A DNA stretch of 64,000 nucleotides from positions 64,001 through 128,000 of the forward strand of contig OZ244717.1 of NCBI GenBank assembly GCA_965218975.1, in the 5' to 3' direction. A program made the translations under genes and the position numbers. Source of the DNA: Candidatus Oxydemutatoraceae bacterium. GTDB taxonomy: Bacteria > Pseudomonadota > Gammaproteobacteria > Poriferisulfidales > Oxydemutatoraceae. Positions 62,200 to 64,000 of the stretch are shown here, piece after piece; the stretch's first letter is position 1; each line of letters begins with the position of its first letter. The notes under the pieces were generated by a model, which saw only the letters and a program-made list of their open reading frames with translations, searched no databases and was not told where the DNA came from.

Positions 62200-63978
62200 T
62201 TACATTTTTTTAGGCGCTGATACGCCGATCAGATGTAGACCATTGGCAAATAAAATGCGTAGCGCAAGCAGTAGCACCAGTCGCGCATTACGCAACGCTT
62301 CATCTTCCACCAAAAAGACATGCCGGTTATAGTACGCATGGAATTTTGTTGCAAGCCCGCGTAAAAAATTTAGCAATAACTGAGGATCAATTTTTTCTGT
62401 CGCATTACTTAATGTTTTCTCATAGATCGCCATTTGTCTTACCAAACCAATCTCTTCATCTTCAGCCAAATATTCAAACTTTGCATCCGCGGAGTTGAAG
62501 GTGATTTTTTTCTCTTCAAGTTGTTTAAAAACGCTATGGATTCGCGCATGGGCATATTGCACATAATAAACCGGGTTATCGACATTTTCCGATTTGGCAA
62601 GTTCCAAATCAAATTTCATATGTTGATTCGGCTTGCGCATAATATAAAAAAATCGTGCCGCATCTTTACCTACTTCGGTACAGAGCTCACGCAATGTAAC
62701 AAACTGACCGGCACGTGTTGACATCGGAATTTTTTTAGACCCTCGATATAGAGTAGCGAACTGCACCAGAAAAATGGTCAACTTATCAACATCCAAGTCT
62801 AATGCTCTTAGTGCGGCAATCAAACGTGTCGTATAACTATGATGATCCGCTCCCCAAATATTTATCATCAAATCATAGTCTCTCGCATACTTATCCGCAT
62901 GATAGGCGATGTCGGATGCAAAATAGGTAAATTGCCCGTTTTCACGCCTTATCACACGATCTTTATCGTCGCCAAAATCAGTTGAACGAAACCACAAAGC
63001 GCCATCTTTTCGATACAACACCCCTTTATCTTCAAGCAAATTGACCACTGTTACAACTTGACCCGACCCGACCAAAGTTTTTTCTGAAAACCAGTGCGTA
63101 TGATGCACACCAAATTTTTCCAAATCCCTACGGATATCTCGTAAAATCGCTTGTTGTGCCATCTCCTGAACAATTGCATAATTTGCACCAAGTAAGAAAC
63201 GGCTATTATTAATTAAGACGTCTAGTTGCGCTTGACTATGATCCTGATTCGTACCCTCATCGTCCCGACCCGTTATCGCCACATTGGAAAATACTTCCAT
63301 CAAAGGATGATCAAACTCTCCTCCATATCGGTTCCTAACCGCTGCCGCAATATCGTAAATATAATCGCCCTGATAGCAGTCTTCCGGAAAAAAAATCTCT
63401 CCTTCGGTTTGATTTCCAAGCTCTAAATAACGCAACCAAACCGATAGTGCCAGAATATCCATCTGCCTCCCCACATCATTCACATAGTACTCGCGCTCCA
63501 CCGTGCAGCCGGCAGTAGTAAAAAATGTGGCGATACTTTCACCGTACGCGGCGCCGCGCCCGTGTCCGACATGCAAAGGGCCGGTCGGATTGGCAGACAC
63601 ATATTCAATGAGAATACGTTTTCGGAGAGAACGCATCGAACCATTCGCAAAGTTTTCACCTTGCTCAATAATTTCCCGAATGATTGTCGATGACAAATTA
63701 GTTTTGATATAAAAATTAATAAACCCCGGCCCCGCCACTTCCACTTTTTCCAGTATTTCATCTGTCGGTAAGTAAGCGACAATTTTTTGCGCAAGTCGAT
63801 GAGCGGTTAAATCGGTCTGACCGGCAGCAACTAAAGCGATATTGCTAGTATAGTCGCCGCGAGTTCGTCCTTTTGACGCGGTAACTTGCACTTGGACATT
63901 TTTCAACGAAATGCCTTCTTCGTGTAGTAGTGCGAGGCTTGCGCTTAACCATTGCGTAATTTTGTCTTGCGTAGACAT
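62200..63978 (-). CDS. argS: arginyl-tRNA synthetase
   Basis: AGPGFINF, EYVSANPTGPLHVGHGR, WGADH, MSTRAG, NPVYYVQYAHAR. Confidence 0.98.
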   Translation of the reverse strand: MSTQDKITQWLSASLALLHEEGISLKNVQVQVTASKGRTRGDYTSNIALVAAGQTDLTAHRLAQKIVAYLPTDEILEKVEVAGPGFINFYIKTNLSSTIIREIIEQGENFANGSMRSLRKRILIEYVSANPTGPLHVGHGRGAAYGESIATFFTTAGCTVEREYYVNDVGRQMDILALSVWLRYLELGNQTEGEIFFPEDCYQGDYIYDIAAAVRNRYGGEFDHPLMEVFSNVAITGRDDEGTNQDHSQAQLDVLINNSRFLLGANYAIVQEMAQQAILRDIRRDLEKFGVHHTHWFSEKTLVGSGQVVTVVNLLEDKGVLYRKDGALWFRSTDFGDDKDRVIRRENGQFTYFASDIAYHADKYARDYDLMINIWGADHHSYTTRLIAALRALDLDVDKLTIFLVQFATLYRGSKKIPMSTRAGQFVTLRELCTEVGKDAARFFYIMRKPNQHMKFDLELAKSENVDNPVYYVQYAHARIHSVFKQLEEKKITFNSADAKFEYLAEDEEIGLVRQMAIYEKTLSNATEKIDPQLLLNFLRGLATKFHAYYNRHVFLVEDEALRNARLVLLLALRILFANGLHLIGVSAPKKM

Positions 63979-64000
63979 AGATTTCTATATTCAGACAGTC

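Overview
Chromosomal window of a Na+-NQR-using gammaproteobacterium, probably marine and possibly host-associated (inference). Most of it is housekeeping: nqrA-F/apbE/dinB/nqrM, hemL, coaD, ggt, mutM, rpmBG, folBK, cca, trxA-rho, purHD, oxyR, nadA, selD/mnmH, argS and two tRNAs. It also holds an AlkB/XylM-like gene beside a CarH-like regulator, two GT25 genes and a decaying R-M system at tRNA-Ser. The striking feature is five intergenic copies of a defective IS481-family element with TGT...ACA ends. Their transposase is cut into colinear pieces by 24 full-length, same-orientation copies of a 98-bp structured repeat found nowhere else in the window. The repeat has a co-varying palindrome and CsrA-like ANGGAY hairpin loops on the antisense strand. 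It rejoins the transposase at a CTG and replaces different gene pieces in different copies. One copy is bounded by GTATC duplications and carries a GT25 gene. All counts and alignments were done by eye, and an assembly artefact is not excluded.
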